From Calditrichia bacterium (GTDB lineage: Bacteria > Calditrichota > Calditrichia > JAJRVZ01), in NCBI GenBank assembly GCA_963796965.1, contig CAWCNS010000016.1, positions 224,001-288,000 of the forward strand: a stretch of 64,000 bases of DNA. The letters run 5' to 3'. Positions 63,636 through 64,000 of the stretch are shown one piece after another. The position numbers were made by a program, and so were the translations under genes. Within the stretch, counting starts at the first letter, position 1. The number at the start of each line of letters is the position of its first letter. A model generated the notes under the pieces. The model was not told the DNA's origin and did not search any database. It saw only the letters and a program-made list of their open reading frames with translations.

Positions 63636-64000
63636 CTACCAGATTTTTACCCGCTCCTCATCTGATCTGTAAAGTTTGTCATTTTCCGATAATTCATATG
63701 CAGTATAAAATTCAGGCATATTGGAAACAATACCCATGACCCTGTATTCACTGGGAGAATGGGGATCGGTAAGAAGTCTCTGACGTAATTCTTCATCCCT
63801 GTATTTGCGGCGCCATACCTGAGCCCATCCGGCAAAAAATCTTTGATCACCGGTCATGCCGTCAATAACGGGAGCCTCTTTTCCGCCTAAGGCCATTTTA
63901 TAGGCATGATATGAGATAGTTAGTCCCCCCAGATCGGCAATATTCTCACCAAGTGTCAGGTTGCCATTTACATGCATGGTATCTACCGGAGAGAATTGGT
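63636..64000 (-). CDS. M13 family (neprilysin/PepO) metallopeptidase, C-terminal part
   Basis: TLGENIADLGG, QRFF, DPHSP..YRV, VKIW; runs off the window edge. Confidence 0.9.
   Translation of the reverse strand, partial: QFSPVDTMHVNGNLTLGENIADLGGLTISYHAYKMALGGKEAPVIDGMTGDQRFFAGWAQVWRRKYRDEELRQRLLTDPHSPSEYRVMGIVSNMPEFYTAYELSENDKLYRSDEERVKIW

Overview
This is an AT-rich bacterial chromosomal segment with about 50 genes. The GWxTD protein, the 'NYPNPFN' C-terminal sorting tails and the gene style suggest Calditrichota or a related FCB-adjacent lineage; that assignment is an inference. Many genes are split by single-base frameshifts, most likely long-read consensus errors, and they are densest at 51.8-54.8 kb. 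Housekeeping content includes dcyD, mtgA, an NhaC-family transporter, a gnnA-like oxidoreductase with an ICMT-family methyltransferase, a class-V PLP enzyme, AlaX, nagB-II, lgt, an ECF sigma/anti-sigma pair, fpr, tamAB, nfnAB, pntAB, rny, pepP, nucleotidases and M4/M13/M16 peptidases. Six things stand out. (1) A five-gene ferrosome-like (fez) cluster is built around a P1B-6-type ATPase with DYSC and HNxxT motifs, HMA2 proteins and a small GxxxG membrane protein. (2) An unannotated exported thioredoxin-TPR selenoprotein has W-U-G-G-C and a SECIS-like hairpin. (3) A GxxExxY gene and a four-helix-bundle gene are each enclosed by inverted arms made of short tandem units, and many cargo-free copies of such arms fill the intergenic spaces. 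(4) A sigma-54 promoter and terminator pair define a ~60-nt CU-rich sRNA candidate. (5) A full-length type ISP/IIG-like restriction-modification protein has lost its nuclease and methyltransferase motifs. (6) A missed 32-aa highly basic ORF lies just upstream of the fez-like cluster.
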